Source of the DNA: Eledone cirrhosa
Taxonomy: Eukaryota
Reading direction: 5' to 3'
Assembly (NCBI GenBank): GCA_964016885.1
Contig: OZ024740.1
Location: forward strand, 394,568,001-394,632,000
DNA: 64,000 nucleotides
Below the pieces are notes generated by a model. That model was given only the letters and a program-made list of their open reading frames with translations. It ran no database searches and had not been told where the DNA came from. The translations under genes and the position numbers were made by a program. Shown here piece by piece: positions 1 through 13,130 of this stretch. Every line of letters begins with the position of its first letter. Within the stretch, counting starts at the first letter, position 1.

Positions 1-138
1 AACAAAGAAAGTGTGGTAAGGAACCAGGTGGACCATAACGCACCAGAGTACTCGATACTTAGGGTAGTAGAGTGGGTAATAGGAAAAGAGTCAGGACCCC
101 GACGGCTGAGCTCCGGCTGTTTCGACAGGTCCTGACAC

Positions 139-185
<47 letters not shown>

Positions 186-634
186 GCCAGTAGCATTCTC
201 GACTATTACTGACAAAATCTGTGACCTGGTCTGAGAGAAAAAATATTTTTCCTTAACACTTCTGATGCATTTCCACAGATCTTCCTTCAAAAACATACTC
301 ATCGACCAGAGCCTATAGTAGTAGAAGTCACTTGCCTAATCTGCCATGAAGTAAAAGGGTATTGAACTTCAATCCACGTAGTTGTAAACAAAACCTTTTA
401 TCACACAGCTTTGTATAAGTCTATTGTGATAAAATAGAATGTTGCATTACATATAAAGTATCCACGAGTTTAGAGCCAGATTAAAGGTGTGAAGCGTAAA
501 CCCGAAATGGTTGGTTGCCAACCACTAACTGTTATTTTATATAAAAATAGACACGGAAATTTTGACTTACCGACTATCGTAACCATGTTCAAATGTTGAC
601 ATTTGCAATTTTATTTATGAACTAGGAACACGTT

Positions 635-695
<61 letters not shown>

Positions 696-1302
696 TCGAA
701 AACTGGTTCCTCAAATATGAAGAAGACTTTAAAAGGACGCACCAAACAGGTAACCCCTTTATAAAGCATTTGAACATAACAAGAACTACAACAGACACAT
801 TTACACCACCAAACCCAACACACACTAACCACAGGCACATCCCCCACCAACACAAACCAAATACGGCCAACTACACCAAAAGAAACACACCCAACCACCA
901 CAACACAGGTTTCCGTAGAAATGCCCCCTACATAAACCAACGACGAAATAACATAGATCCAACTCACAACACACACACCACATTCCTCAGAAGAAATCCA
1001 CCCAGACCACTTGAAATCACAACAGAACTTACCCACAACCACACCAGACATCACCCTCAATCCAACAAAAGACAACCCCCCAGCCTCAACACTCTGTACC
1101 ACAGAAATAACGCACCCAGACCACATGAACCAACAACAGAACTCTTGCTCATCAACAACCACAACACATACCACCCCCACCATCACATTCACCCTCATGA
1201 AACAACAAGCTACAGACCCACACGCAACAGACCAACAAAATATAATCACACACAAAACTACATTCCTTTTTTAGGGAAAAGCCTGAAATACCAGGATACT
1301 CG

Positions 1303-3578
1303 ATGGCCCCCCCTCAGGAGAAACCAAAAATAATCAACCTCTCAAAGACACCTCTAACCAACACACAAATCAACATTTTAAGTAAGGGCCTGAAATTTAC
1401 ACCTACACCACGTAAACCAAACTTCCCCGAAATGAAGGATGACATCATGGAATACTGCCGAAAGCTGCGACTAACGGAATTCTTCCACAACGACACCAAC
1501 ACTGAAGACGAATCACTGGTTAGAAATAAAAGCAATTTCTGCCCACAAAAGGGAAGAAATAAAGCACTGGACACGTACTGCGAACACATCACCAACTTTC
1601 CCTATGAAAAAATTACAAATAAACACACGAAATCAAACCTATCTACACACGAATGGGAAGAATTATTCACACTTAGAAACAACCCTGAGATAACTATCAA
1701 AGAAGCCGATAAAGGCAGTACTGTTGTCATTATGAATACGGACTACTATAGGACCCTCGCACTTAACATTTTAGAAAACAACACATACTATGAAAAAACA
1801 GAAAACTACAAACACACCAAAACAATGGGGAACCTTTTGACCTTACTGAATAAATACCGCAACAGCTTAACCACAAAAGAGTTTAACTATATAAGCCACT
1901 TCAAATGCAATACAAGCTCTTTTTACGGCTTACCGAAAATTAAAAAATGTAAACCCATAAACGATGCATGTGACACCTCAACCAACAATTACATTGAACT
2001 AACACCACCAGAAGACCTAAAACTCAGGCCAATTATAGCAGGCCCTACATGTGAAACCCACAGACTTAGCAACTTTCTGGACATCCTACTGAAACCCTTT
2101 CTACAACATATACAGAGCTACATACGAGATGACCTTGACATGCTGAAACACCTCCCTAAAACAGTAAGTGCAAATACAATTCTTGTCTCCTTTGACGTAA
2201 TAAACCTCTACACAAACATACCTCACAACTATGGAATAACAGCAGTCCAATACTGGCTTAACACACACCCATCAGAAATACCGACACGCATCAACACAGA
2301 TTTTATCACTGACGGACTCCGCTTTATCCTACAAAATAACTACTTCACATTCAATGGTTCAACATACAGACAAGTATCAGGTACGGCAATGGGCACGAAA
2401 GTAGCACCCACATATGCCAACCTAGTCATGGGATTCCATGAACAACAAATATACAGTCAGTCCCTTCTCTTATTTGGAGACTCTTTCCACACACACCTCA
2501 AAGCCAATTGGAAAAGATATCTAGACGACTGCTTTATCCTATGGCAAGAAGACATGAACTCACTTACTACGTTTAAAAACATGATAAACAACATAGATAA
2601 TAACATACAATTCACAATGGAATCCAATCCTAAGGAATTAGCCTTCTTGGATATTCTCATCTCTGTAATAGACGGGAAATTAGATACAGATATATTCTAT
2701 AAACCCACAGATTCCAAGCAATACCTCTTTTTCACATCAAGTCACCTAAAACATACAAAACTTAACATTCCTTACAATTTGGCCAAACGTATATGTACCA
2801 TAGTATCAGATCCACCTAAACGGGAGCAAAGACTAAAGGAACTAAAAGACACCCTTATCTTAAGAGCCTTTCCACTTGAAATAATCAACAATGGAATAGA
2901 CAGGGCAAAACACCTAAATCCCCATCAACTTAACAATCCAAAACAGAAAACCACACTCAACACCCTGCCATATGTATCCACTTTCAACCCCAGAAATACC
3001 GAAATGTTTGATCACCTACACAAAAACCTCCCCATCCTACTTAAAGATGTAAAAATGAAGTCTATTCTTGAAACACACAAGATCCTTAAAAGTAAAAGAC
3101 AACCCAAATCACTTAAACGCATTCTCACTGGACCAAATATACCTAAACCAATCCTCAACCCTACAGTTACCAAATGTGGTAGAACAAACTGTGGAACGTG
3201 CCTCTACCTCACTGAAGGACAAACATTTACATTCAAAGATGGCCAAACATTTACAGTAAAAAACAATTTCACCTGCAACTCGGAGAACTTGATTTACGCA
3301 ATAACTTGCGGTGGGTGCAAACACAACTACATAGGACAGACGGGCCCTCATTACGCAAAAGAATGACCATCCACCGCCAACAAATCCGGGACGCTAACAC
3401 AAGAAAAATCCCCTTGAGCAGCCATATTGCGAACTGCGCAGGAATGACACTACCCAACTTTAAAATCTTCCCCTTCTACAAGTGCTCAGATTCGTTCACA
3501 CAACAACAAAGAATAAACAAAGAAAATCTATTCCTTAACAAATTTAAACCAAAACTAAACGGGTTATTACCCCAATAG
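1303..3578 (+). pseudogene. PLE polyprotein (RT + Cys linker + GIY-YIG endonuclease), Neptune-like, with one frameshift near 3345
   Basis: ORF 1303-3366 has IINLS..LSKGLKFTPTP, IKEADKG, FYGLPK, RPIIA, SFDVINLYTNIP, GTAMGTKVAP, WKRYLDDCF, LAFLDI, the linker KCGRTNCGTC and NLIYAITC..YIGQTG. It continues in ORF 3306-3578 (LRKRMTIHR..SSHIANC..KE..KLN). Confidence 0.95.
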
Positions 3579-3871
3579 AATTGTCATAAAATATAAACAC
3601 ACATACGCACGGAATCACTACTATTAAAGACCAGAGACCAATTCTGTAGAATCAGGTTTATTCATTGACAGACCATGCCTTTGTGTGACCAACACATCCA
3701 TGTTAAACCCTGCACGTGCACACACATATATCTATATATATATATGCGCACACAGAATTCACCACTGTCGGTTGCGGGGCCCAATCTACATGAAGAACTC
3801 AATGTGATCAGAATGACTTGTATTTTAATTTCACTGCCCCAACTTCTTATATTATGGAAAAAATATATGTG

Positions 3872-3902
<31 letters not shown>

Positions 3903-4188
3903 TTGAAGGCCATTTCTCTGTGTGTGGGTGTATGTATGTGTATATGTGTGTGTGTGTGTATGTGTGTGCATGTGGATGTATGTATTGTGTGTGCGTGTGT
4001 GTGTGTGTGTGTGTATGTATGTGGGTATCTGGATGTATGCGTATGTGTATATATATATATATGCGTGTGTGTGTGTGTGTGTGTATATATATGTGTGTGT
4101 ATGTGTGTATATATATGTGTGTGTGTGTGTATGTTTGTATGTGTGTATGTATATATATATGTGTGTGTGTGTGTATGTATGTGTGGGG

Positions 4189-4238
<50 letters not shown>

Positions 4239-4395
4239 ATATATATATATGTGTGTGTGTGTATGTATGTGTGTATCTGGATGTATGTGTATGTATATAT
4301 ATGTGTGTGTGTGTGTATATATATATGTGTGTGTATGTGTATATATGTGTGTGTATGTGTGTATGTATATGTATGTGTGTGTGTATGTATGTGTG

Positions 4396-4434
<39 letters not shown>

Positions 4435-4790
4435 GTATATGTATGTATGTGTGGATGAAGGTATGTGTGTATATATAGGTGTAAGTGCACTAAATCCCTT
4501 TCTATCACGCTCCACTCTCCTACCCATCACAGGAAGATATGTGTATGTATATTGCTTCCACCCCCTCACTGACCAGCAGCTGGCCAGTTGGTGATTGCTA
4601 AATCTGACCTTTATAAAATAACCCACACCCCAAATAACTTCTCATTCACTACCAGAAAGGGACACAGCAGTCAACCTGTTGTTGCTACCTAGATGAAAAC
4701 TGCTATGAAATCCCACAATGAATTTTATACTTGAATTTTCAAGTCTCAAATTTTAACTCTTCGTATTATTAATTTTTCTTAATATTAATC

Positions 4791-4838
4791 AACATTTGAA
4801 AAGATGGCTTTTGCAGACCCATCGAAACCGGTCATTTT
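4791..4838 (+). ncRNA. Variant minimal hammerhead-like motif (UUGAAAA core) in the PLE1 3' end
   Basis: aacat-TTGAAAA-gatgg..ccatc-GAAA-CCGG-TC-atttt: stem II pairs, palindromic CCGG loop, stem I 4/5 paired. Confidence 0.6.
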
Positions 4839-4961
4839 TTATACCCTTTATTATTTCCTTACCTTATAAAATTATGTTTTTTCACAAAAAAGTATTCTGT
4901 CTCTTATATATTCCATGTGCCATTACCAACCTCAATTTTCTCTATATATACATATATATAC

Positions 4962-4993
<32 letters not shown>

Positions 4994-5009
4994 ATACATA
5001 TATATATAT

Positions 5010-5088
<79 letters not shown>

Positions 5089-5134
5089 TAAATATATATA
5101 TATATACATATATACATATAAATACATATATATA

Positions 5135-5873
5135 TACAAGTTAATATAAATTAATATATGGTAAACACTAATATAATCATATAAGTGTTTGTATTGTAAA
5201 TGACCAAGTTAGCTAGATTGAAAAATACTAATTAGATTAACTTGTATTTCACGGCTCAGAAATACTTCTTTCTTTGAGCTAATTAATTGTAAAAGACTGT
5301 TTGAGTTTATAACTCTAAATATAGTATTGACGGCTCCTTTTGTTGAGCTAAACTTTAGTCCCATAAAAACGGCTGTTATTTCTAGCAGCACGAGTATGGG
5401 GATAGCTAGGAGCTGAAAAACCATGTGCGTTAACACTTGACTTTCAGTCCTCCTAAGTATTTCGAGGTGAAACATACCAATTTTCTGGATACCTGCCGAT
5501 GACCACAGAAAATGGAATTTTTCACTTTTTCAATTATCGTTGCGAAACTTATTTGGGTTTTGAAATTTAAATTTGTCTACGGAACAGGTTTGGGTTTTAA
5601 AATTTAAATTTGTCCAGGTATCACGGCTATTGCCAATATGGGTTTGTTTTTATTGATTTATTTTAAATCGAGACAGGCAAACTGTATTAATCTAATTAGT
5701 ATTTTTCAATCTAGCTAACTTGGTCATTTACAATACAAACACTTGTATGATTATATTAGTGTTTACCATATATTAATTTATATTAACTTGTATTTCACGA
5801 CTCAGAAATACATCTTTCTTTGAGCTAATTAATTGTAAAAGATTGTTTGAGTTTATAACTCTATATATAGTAT
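5135..5873 (+). mobile_element. Non-autonomous HHR-bearing element: 546-nt unit, 91-nt terminal redundancy, inverted 5' arm
   Basis: 5135-5240 is the reverse complement of 5687-5792. 5237-5327 is a direct repeat of 5783-5873. (TA)n on both sides, no credible ORF. Confidence 0.85.
5488..5622 (+). ncRNA. Hammerhead-like motif, CCGAUGA core, duplicated stem III
   Basis: Stem I gatacctg (5488-5495)/caggtatc (5615-5622), CCGATGA at 5496, GAAA near 5544, TC immediately before the 3' strand of stem I. Stem II is weak. Confidence 0.6.
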
Positions 5874-5882
5874 ATATATATA

Positions 5883-5956
<74 letters not shown>

Positions 5957-5985
5957 AACGTGTACCTATTTCATAAATAAAATTG

Positions 5986-6116
<131 letters not shown>

Positions 6117-6179
6117 CTTGCCGTTTCAACAACTAGTTCCAGACTATATATATAAGAATTTAAAGAAGAAATCACCTCC

Positions 6180-6210
<31 letters not shown>

Positions 6211-8388
6211 GGTCTTCGTATACATATCTATATACATATATATATATATGTATGTACTTGGGGAAGGATGTACTGACGAACTAGTTTGCCTTTTTAAAGT
6301 ATCTACAAAATGAAATCAATAACTGATGTTGCTATATGTTCCTTTTTAGTGTATTCGTGTTTTATCGCTTTTAGATTTCATCAGCTAATGGTGATAAAAA
6401 ACGGATTTACTAAGATAGGAAGATATCATTTTACAAGGTGATGAATTAATAGAAGCGTTAAAGTGTAAGATAAAATGCCTCACGGTATTTATTTAAGTTC
6501 CTTCGTTCCGAGCTCAAATCCTAACATTCCTGGTTCACATAGTATGGCGTATTTCTACCAAAATCTACGGTCGACGGAAGTGTTCTAAGCGGAGTTTAGT
6601 GAATAGAAAACAGCAAGGAATCTCGTCCAATGTATATTGGTTAATGAAGTCCTCGGAAATCATCACGTGATATCAAGGGAAATCATAATGTAAGTTTATC
6701 TTGCAAAACCTGGATTAATGTAAATTTGACAGTTAAAATGCCTTGTATTATTTGTGCTGCATCTATTCGCTCTCACTTCACATCCTATTGAGTTCAACCT
6801 TGCAGTTCTTCCTTCTGGGGTCGATAAATAAAGTATGAGTTAAAATACCGCATGCAATAATCGTAAAGCAACGTGAAATATCAGGAAAATCTACTAAAAT
6901 CAACCCCAACTATCTTTAGGAAATTACCCATCAAATAACTAGATCATATAAGCACTGCAACTAGAAAGAATAGGTCTCCTCGATCATAGGTGACCCAGAG
7001 ACGAACAGCCACTAAGCAACAACGAACTCCTAAGGTTATAAACAATTCAAAGGTTAAATAAGCTGGAATGCCGTGGGAAAGAAGAAAAGTTTAAAGTTTC
7101 GGGCGGTACTCTTCGTCAAAATTTGATATATCTTGATGGTTACGAATAGATAACATGATAAGTAGTAAAAGGGAGAGGTGAAAACTCTTTGAGAGAGAAT
7201 ATTGAATAACGGAGGCGCCACATGGTATCATGTGGTGGATAGTGATCGAGAACGAAATATAAATAATACAAACGCTAGCAAATTTAAAAAACAATGGATA
7301 AGGAAGGCAACCAGGAAATAATCAATAAAAACGATGGTAAGTTGAGAAACAAAAGAAAAACAATCAGAAGGGAGAGGGAACTAACGGTCCAGTAATGAGA
7401 AGAAAATATACAATACGATTTGCCAAATGTGAACATATTTTATTGGGGGAGGTCGACTAGTTTAATGAAAGGCATATAGTAATGTGTGCAAGCGAGAAAG
7501 TTCTTTGTGTAAAGATGTGTTTTTCTAAGCACTTACAAATAAAGCAAGTATAAATTTACACTGCAAACCGAAGGTGGTCCATTGAGTGATCTGCTGAATT
7601 AAAATAATTAGCTACGTGTGTGGATAGTGCTTGATGTTACTGCGAACGTCGAGTAGTTGCCAACACATACTATCGCATAGACTAACCGATTGCTATGCCG
7701 TCATAAAGTTTTGTGTTACGCATGATCCGGAGGTGTATCATGAGGTTAAGTTGAAAATAATAGGATATTCAGAAAACCTGCGCTTTCTTAGGTACCGCAC
7801 GAGTGGATGTACGTACCTTTGCGCAATAAAAAAAAAAAACATTCGTGTTACCATCACTCTTTTGAAACAAGTTTAATACACGGTTTTTATGTATATATTT
7901 TATCTTTAAGAAAGTTGGGCGGGGGGGTTAAAGGCTTTTGGCATCTTATCCTGTTTGATGAGGGCAGAAAGTAGTTAAAAATCACTGACGTAGAAAACTG
8001 TTTTCATTAATGTATCGTAATTTACAGAAGTTTAAAATAATACAATAAAGAAGAAACGCTGGAAAAACTGTTTGTTAATTGGAATTGGGCTTAGAGGCTA
8101 GTTATATTAGAGCAAGGAGAAGGTGTAAGTTTAGCATATACAGTACGGGCATTTAAAAAAGCCGGGATAAAAGTTGATTGGTAGAAGAGAAAATCTGCTC
8201 TAAATGATGCGCAATCTTTGATACTTTAAGAATATATTAAGTTGGGCGTATGTTATGTTATAACTAAAGTGGAAATAGAGAGATATAAACAAAGTTGTAC
8301 TTGTGAGGTAAATAAAAAAGGTTACCATATCAAACAAGGGGGTAAGGAAATCAATAAACGTATATGTAAACAAGAAACCACAATCACG

Positions 8389-8452
<64 letters not shown>

Positions 8453-8552
8453 ATGTCCTCTTTTTTTACTCTCCCTCTCTGTCTCTTTCTATTTCTTTTT
8501 ATGCACATATATACGTAATACACCCCCTCTCTTTTTCTCTCTCTCTCTCTCT

Positions 8553-8592
<40 letters not shown>

Positions 8593-8600
<8 letters not shown>

Positions 8601-9015
8601 AGATCAAAAGATGGTTAAAGGAGTTCCATGTATTTTATTATGCGCATTTCAAAAACAAACATCATCATGCAATAATATTTGTGTTTTCATCAGATAAAAC
8701 AGGAGAACATGATATGAAGGCTAAAAAACACTTGTGGATAGTGCAGTTTTAAATCAACATAATGTTGATTTAAAACTGCACTATCCACAAGTGTTTTTTA
8801 GCCTTCATATCATGTTCTCCTGTTTTATCTGATGAAAACACAAATATTATTGCATGATGATGTTTGTTTTTGAAATGCGCATAATAAAATACATGGAACT
8901 CCTTTAACCATCTTTTGATCTTATATTATGTATACTCCAGTCCTACAAACTGTAGAGTGCTTCTTATCCGATATCTGCATTGCTTTATTGTACTACAATA
9001 AAACTCACCTCCTAC
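8593..9015 (+). mobile_element. Fold-back PLE-derived insertion: perfect 168-bp-arm palindrome plus tail
   Basis: 8593-8760 is the reverse complement of 8762-8929. Unique tail 8930-9015. TA-flanked and homologous to 36915-37525. Confidence 0.9.
8823..8889 (+). ncRNA. Type I minimal hammerhead ribozyme (mirror copy on - strand at 8633-8699)
   Basis: ttttat-CTGATGA-long stem II-GAAA-TGCGCA-TA-ataaaa: 6-bp stem I and palindromic stem III loop. Confidence 0.85.
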
Positions 9016-9034
9016 ATATATATATATATATATA

Positions 9035-9290
9035 AAGGAAAATAATGACTTCACTTGTAGTTCTAAACAATTTGAATTAATTTTATAATATTATGATTTG
9101 GTAGAGCTAGTAAGTTCTTTGTTAACTTCGGTGGGAAGATTTTGAAAAAATCCTGGTTAACTTTCCTGGAGAACTTTCTCGCATTCGTCGATGGCGATTG
9201 TCGAGCTGACTTCAGTTTGACAAAGTGAAGTCATTCTTTTCCTTCTTTTAAATATACCTAACTGTACCAAGGATTTAACACATTTCCAAT
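9035..9290. mobile_element. Small fold-back insertion with 22-bp inverted arms and a tail
   Basis: 9035-9056 is inverted to 9223-9244 (1 mismatch), followed by a ~45-nt tail. TA-flanked. Confidence 0.6.
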
Positions 9291-9303
9291 ATATATATAT
9301 ATA

Positions 9304-9483
9304 TACGAGGGCAATCCCAAAAGTAGGGTCTCCTTCCGATATTGCAACTTTTCCGTTAAAATCCTGTGGCTGGTGTTTCGGGAAACCTCAGGAACCAAAA
9401 TGCAGAGAGCATCCAGAGTGATCCGCCGATCTTTACGCATGTTTTCCTCGGAAGGAGACCTTACTTTTGGGATTGCCCTCGTA
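9304..9483 (-). mobile_element. Mariner-derived MITE with 30-bp TIRs and an internal transposase fragment
   Basis: TIR tacgagggcaatcccaaaagtagggtctcc and its inverse at 9454-9483, TA flanks. Internal translation DRRITLDAL..VSRNTSHRILTEKLQYRK is mariner HTH-like. Confidence 0.85.
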
Positions 9484-9698
9484 TATAATAACTGCGTGAA
9501 ATTCGCACTTGGCGGTAGCGTTCAACGGGAGCTCCATTCTCAACGGCTGCGAAGCCAAGATTGAGCATCCAAGCGAAGCGCGAGCATGCTTGTTTGGGAG
9601 TGAAGGAAGCACCTATCACAACAGTGTTGCCAACAGCCGTACGAACAGATTCTCTGCGTCCCCATCACTTTGGAGACCATACTTTTGGGATTACCCTC

Positions 9699-9701
<3 letters not shown>
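9484..9701 (-). mobile_element. 5' end of a related mariner element (TIR + transposase start)
   Basis: Third TIR copy at 9672-9701. The minus strand reads MELPLNATAKCEFHAVI, resembling a mariner N-terminus. Confidence 0.7.
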
Positions 9702-9745
<44 letters not shown>

Positions 9746-9930
9746 TATGAAGATAGGGATCTACTTTTTCATATTTCATTTTATTGAGGGCATTTTCATT
9801 GTGTCCACCATTTGCTACGAAACAGTTATTATGGTGGAAACACCTTCATCAGACGGCATGCTAAGGTAACAATGTTAGTAATATGAAAAAGCGAGCGACG
9901 AGCGATTTTCCATGTTCGGTCTTCAATATA

Positions 9931-9988
<58 letters not shown>

Positions 9989-10074
9989 GTAGTTCAGCTC
10001 AAGATGTCGAAATGGCCGGAGCTCAGCCGTCGGGGTCCTGATTTTTTTCCTATATATATATATATATATATATA

Positions 10075-10228
10075 AATAACAGATTAAAGTTTAAGCAAAG
10101 AATCGCTGCTTTCACCCTTAACAGGATCTTCTGAAACTCATAAATATTTACTCTATGGTTTTTATATATTTGATATATATTTATCCTTATCGAGCCCTCT
10201 TTTGATTTTACTCTTCACATTTATTATT

Positions 10229-10233
<5 letters not shown>
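10075..10233. mobile_element. Tiny fold-back insertion of the 20.3-22.3 kb PLE family
   Basis: 10075-10138 matches the reverse complement of ~22270-22333. 10139-10233 matches the reverse complement of tail 20348-20437. Confidence 0.75.
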
Positions 10234-10268
<35 letters not shown>

Positions 10269-10624
10269 TATATATGTATGTATATTCGTACATACAAATA
10301 CATGTTCATAATTCAACATTTGTTTATGTACCAAAGAACACATTGTGCGTGATGTCATGAGAAAAAGGTGAAGTTGACTTCCGAATCAACTGCTTGTTTT
10401 GTTTATTTCCAAGTTGCCAGCGCTCTTAATTAAACAGTGAAAATGTGATGCCGTGCCGTTAGTGATGAACAAACAACTGTCTTTATGTTAGCCATCATGT
10501 GTCAACGAATCACTGACATATCAACTGGAACAACTAAGCACATACCTTTTGTATGTTTATTGATATAACTTAACTGTGAGCCGGGATTCTTCCTTCAATA
10601 CACGCCTTACCTTATAGTTTTACT

Positions 10625-10627
10625 ACT

Positions 10628-10686
<59 letters not shown>

Positions 10687-10717
10687 GGCGGTGGTGGTGG
10701 TGGTGGTGGTGGTGGTG

Positions 10718-10811
<94 letters not shown>

Positions 10812-10812
10812 A
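10625..10812. repeat. Compound (GTA)n/(GGT)n/(GCA)n microsatellite
   Basis: Direct reading. Confidence 0.95.
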
Positions 10813-10880
10813 ATCCGACAAAAACTCCCTTTAGATGTCTTTAACATCTAAAATCATGCAATAGATATAACACTAATAAT

Positions 10881-10982
10881 TGTTTCTACTTTTGGCACAA
10901 GGCCAGCCAAATAACCAGTACATTACTGGTACTTTATTTTATCGACCCCGTAAGGATGAAAGGCAAAGTTAACCTCGGCGAG
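10881..10982 (-). mobile_element. 5'-truncated Meta-domain SINE with 18-bp TSD
   Basis: TSD agatataacactaataat at 10863-10880 and 10983-11000. Body matches the other SINE copies. Confidence 0.9.
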
Positions 10983-11590
10983 AGATATAACACTAATAAT
11001 ATCAGCTAAATCAAATTTTCTGAAAATAGGAGAGGATTTTCTCTTTAAAGCCAGTCGGAAAAGGAAAGGATATGTTTCGATATTGTAAGATGTACTCAGT
11101 GAAGCTTAGACCTGTCAACTCAGCCACTTTGCGGTGGGAGAGAGATGTCTTCTTTTGTGAAAATGTGTATAGCTTTCGTTATGTAAAATCTCCCAATATT
11201 TGCCTCATTTTTCCCCGTTTTGGGGCACCCTTTTTCATGGCACTCCCCGTATGGGTTTTTAGAGATAGTCAAGTCTGGAAGCATATTCAGCACAAGACGT
11301 AGAATTAGTCAGCACATACAGTAATTCTGCTGATAAGAAATATCAAATATTGAGGCGTGGAGGAGCATTCGGTATAATATATATACAGTACAGTTTAATA
11401 CATTTATATACAGTACAGTTTAATGCATGTAACAGTGAGTTCACAAACGTCGATTACTGAAATTATACTGATACGTTGCAGTCGTTTGGATATCGTTTTC
11501 AAAGTGAGGAAAGGCTTTGCACTGAGCCAATCCCACTCTCTGAACATCGAATGCATTTACCCAAAAAGAACTGGTTTACATTATAGTATA

Positions 11591-11780
11591 GGGCGGTGGA
11601 TTGGCAGTACCGGTAGAGGGTCGGACGCCATGATTTGACGCATAGAGTTACGGCCCTTGCCATTCTGAGTTCAAATCCCGCCGAGGTTAATTTGCCTTTC
11701 ATCCTTACGGGGGTCGATAAAATAAAGTACCAGTAATACACTGGGTACTTGCTGGCCTTGTGCCAAAAGGAGAAACAATT
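11591..11780 (+). mobile_element. Full-length tRNA-derived SINE (Meta-domain-like), subfamily S1
   Basis: A-box-like TGGCAGTACCGG, B-box-like GAGTTCAAATCC, core gcctttcatccttacggggtcgataaaataaagtaccag, tail gaaacaattatt. Confidence 0.9.
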
Positions 11781-12079
11781 ATTGTATGCAAAAGTCGCAG
11801 GTTTTATACCAGAGAGACATTCTCCTAGAGAGATGTCATAATGAAGACTGGGAGTCTCTCGCTGCACAAAGAAAAAAAAAAAAAATTATTAGATGGCCAT
11901 TGACTCTCCCGAGTTCATTCGCCCTTTGACGGGTTTTGTTTTCATCACGCAGGGTGTCAAAATCACCCTCCTCACCAATCAGGCTTGGTTGTGTTGCCGG
12001 TTTAGTCGCCGACGACCGACCATGCATAGGTTGTACTGGGTTACATGTTACCAGTAGCACTGAAGAACAGCCCGACACT

Positions 12080-12114
<35 letters not shown>

Positions 12115-13090
12115 ATATATACAGATATATATATTCCTTAACCAAGAATTGAACGTACCCCCTCAATGTAAAACAAAACACTAAATCAACGACTATATTA
12201 GCCGACTATTGAGCCGTTAAACTCTTAGTTGATGAATGTGTATGTGTAAGAGTACGGCTGTGCGTTTGTTTCTGTGTCTCTGTCCGTTTCAAAGTTTATA
12301 CTTATCTCCACTGAAATATAGTCCCCTCAATTTTTGTTCCATGGTCACAATCTGTACGCTCATACACATGCAAACACACACATACACACACATATATACA
12401 CACCACACACACGTATACACACACATGAGGGGACACACATGCACGTACACTTATACAAACAATAAGCTCAAACACAAATGTGTTCATAAGCCTTACAGCA
12501 TAGTTTAACCAGATACGATTTAAGAGGAAAGCAAAATATATAAATATAATAAAACAATTTATTTCTTCAGAAACCAAAAAGATCTAAAATTGTGAAGCGA
12601 GTTGTGAAGAAATCTAAACACATCAACATGCTCTAAATGTCATTTTAGTCCTTAAGCTAAAAGAGAAGAAAAAATATAATAGAGAAAGAGAATTAAATGT
12701 AAAATAAGCTGAGAAGTATTATAAAAGAAATAATCCCAGCGAAAATGAAAGAATTTTTTAAGAATAAGTGGCTCCGCCCAAATGAATAGCTGCTAGTGTA
12801 CCTAGTAATCATTTAAAGTACTTTTAACAAGGTATTATACGTTTTAATAAAAGATGACCACTCGCCTTTAAACAATGAAGCAACACCTAAACGTATTTAT
12901 TTTTATATTTATTTATTCATTTATTTATTTAATACCGCCTCCCGTCCATTATGTCTCGCCTACAACTGACCTTTCGTTGCCCAAAATATTCGTATATATA
13001 TTTTATCTGAAAGAAATCTTTATTTGTATTTTATTTTTTTGTTGACACACTACATCAGCCAGTGTGAGCGTGTGTGTGTGTGCGTGTGTA

Positions 13091-13130
<40 letters not shown>

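Larger units (their letters stand above)
696..4945 (+). mobile_element. PLE copy 1 (5'-truncated) between (TA)n tracts, 3' UTR containing microsatellites and an HHR-like motif
   Basis: A/C-rich sequence starts right after the TA run ending ~695 and runs through the RT/EN ORF. Unique sequence ends at the TA run near 4945. Boundaries are approximate. Confidence 0.8.

Noticed and set aside
465-535. GAAA + 7-bp hairpin tggttgg/ccaacca as an HHR
   Set aside because: No recognisable CUGANGA-like core upstream.
3675-4626. Long YIYI/VCVC/HTHT ORFs here and throughout the window
   Set aside because: They are translations of stop-free (TA)/(CA) microsatellites.
11591-11690. tRNA gene
   Set aside because: A/B boxes belong to a multi-copy SINE head, with no convincing cloverleaf.
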